This document shows positions 62,341 to 64,000 of a DNA stretch of 64,000 nucleotides, one piece after another; the stretch's first letter is position 1; each line of letters opens with the position of its first letter. The notes under the pieces are model-generated. The model was not told the origin of the DNA. It did no database searches and saw only the letters and a list, made by a program, of their open reading frames with translations. Source of the DNA: Chiloscyllium plagiosum (lineage: Eukaryota). The position numbers and the translations under genes are program-made. The DNA is taken from assembly GCF_004010195.1 (NCBI RefSeq), contig NC_057719.1, positions 22,283,174 through 22,347,173 of the forward strand, written 5' to 3'.

Positions 62341-64000
62341 TATACACCAATGAACTGTAAGCTACAAAGTCATGGCTCTAACATAAGTTGATGACTAAGT
62401 ACTGGCTTTCTGTCGAGAACAATACAGCTCCAGTGACTTCCTGTGCTAGCACATATCGAGCTTCTTGTTGTCCACGGTATAAATATCCTTCTCTACCCCT
62501 GGATGACAGTGAACAAAGCACTTCCATCGACATAGCCTCACAAAAACAAAAACAAGCAACCACATAATTAATTACTGGAACACACTTCTGCAAACTGATG
62601 ACAATCTCTTCTCTGGATCGGGCACCTCCCATTGGAAACATTGCAAACTGCAACCTAGGAACCAGGTGATCCCCCAGGGTTTGACCTTCATGAAAGTTTG
62701 TAATCAACCAGGAAGTACAAAATCAAGAAGTGAGGCTATCATCAGTTTGTACGCTGTGCACTTCAACCCAGTATGGGGCTACAAGATATTAAATAAATGT
62801 GTCCTCAACTGTGTGAGGACAGTCCAAGGTAGATGTGGCCTCTTGCTCCACAAGGTGAGCATGAGGATAAGCTCAAATTGTGACTGTAGCTATTCAAGTC
62901 AGATCATCGCCCATTTATTGAACTTTAAACCCTCCCAAGTGATCCATCTCTCGTGGCTGCAGGACCACTGCTAATATTTAAACAGATGATTCCAACTCAC
63001 TACTGTCATGTGTGAACAATGACATTTTGCTTACATTAACTTTGGCAAGATGATTAATCAATCCCAAAAGTATTATTGTGCTGAATTAATCTGCTATAAT
63101 TTAGCAGTCCTTTGCTTTGAGGACATTTCCCAGCAGCATGCTATATCAGAAATACTCAGTAGCTGAGGGATTTTAAATGTGGGTTGGGACAACTCTAACA
63201 ACAAAACAACAGTTTTGTTTATTTATTGTCTACAACATAGAGAAAACATTCCGAAGCACTCCACAGAGATATGAGGAAGAATTAGATGCCAGCTGCAAAA
63301 AAGTAGATAGAAGGGCTGTAACTATAATATTGTCACTAATAAATTCAGTCTGGAGTTCAGAAGGAAGATCTCTATTGAAAAGAATGGTGCAAATATGGAA
63401 TTGATTATCACAAAGCATAGTCAAGGTGAACATTTAAAGGGACACTAGATACGCTTATGAGGGAGACAGAAATAAAATGTCATGCTACTAGAGTTAAGGG
63501 AAGTCACTGGGAGGATACTCAAACAGAGTATTCATGCCAGCACAGTGCAACTCGGCTAAATAATTTGTTTCAGCAGCATGCATTCTACATAATTCTACAC
63601 ATTATTAAGAAAGGTGACCAAAAGCTTGAGTTAAGATGTGAATTTTTAAGTGTCTTAAAGCAGGAAATTATGTGGGAGGCAGAGAGGTTAGGGAGCCAGA
63701 TTTTGAGTGTGGGGCCACAGTCTCTCAGTTACATAGCAGATAAAACATCTGCAGGAACCCTCTGACCATTCTGCCATTTACACCAATTTTCAGACAAAGT
63801 CACCATGTTTTAAATAACTTAAAGTAGGACATCTTGAATTTGCAACCAACAATAAAGGTGTTATGATTCTTAATAATCAAAAGTTATACAGTGGAGTTTC
63901 CGAATGGGGACATGCCTTGGCCTACTTATCTTCGCTGGTTTACATGTAAAATCCTTTTACATGATTAGTCAGATTCCTTCAGAGTGCAGTGCATGGATAC

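Overview
Eukaryotic, repeat-dense genomic DNA from a cartilaginous fish, probably a shark (inferred from HE1-type tRNA SINEs with (AATCT)n tails and abundant vertebrate CR1 LINEs). No host protein-coding gene could be identified with confidence, so the window is probably intergenic or deep intronic. The long ORFs belong to retroelements, and most short ORFs are noise or antisense shadows of repeats. Main content: a young, nearly intact CR1 LINE (1812-5512); many CR1 fragments; two Rex/Babar LINEs; a Tx1 fragment; an internally deleted Mag-type Gypsy element; a Harbinger transposase fossil; Tigger-like MITEs; and several SINE families. Two things stand out. (1) A dense population of short Penelope-like (PLE) insertions from at least three families, carrying minimal hammerhead ribozyme motifs, 11-17 bp target-site duplications (TSDs) and fold-back 5' inversions, with PLE RT and GIY-YIG fragments nearby. 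(2) A single-ORF APE-RT LINE (26071-29131) whose 5' region and 3' tail are both shared with short tRNA-headed SINE-like copies in the same window. All coordinates and alignments were read by eye; family names come from recalled consensus features, not database searches.
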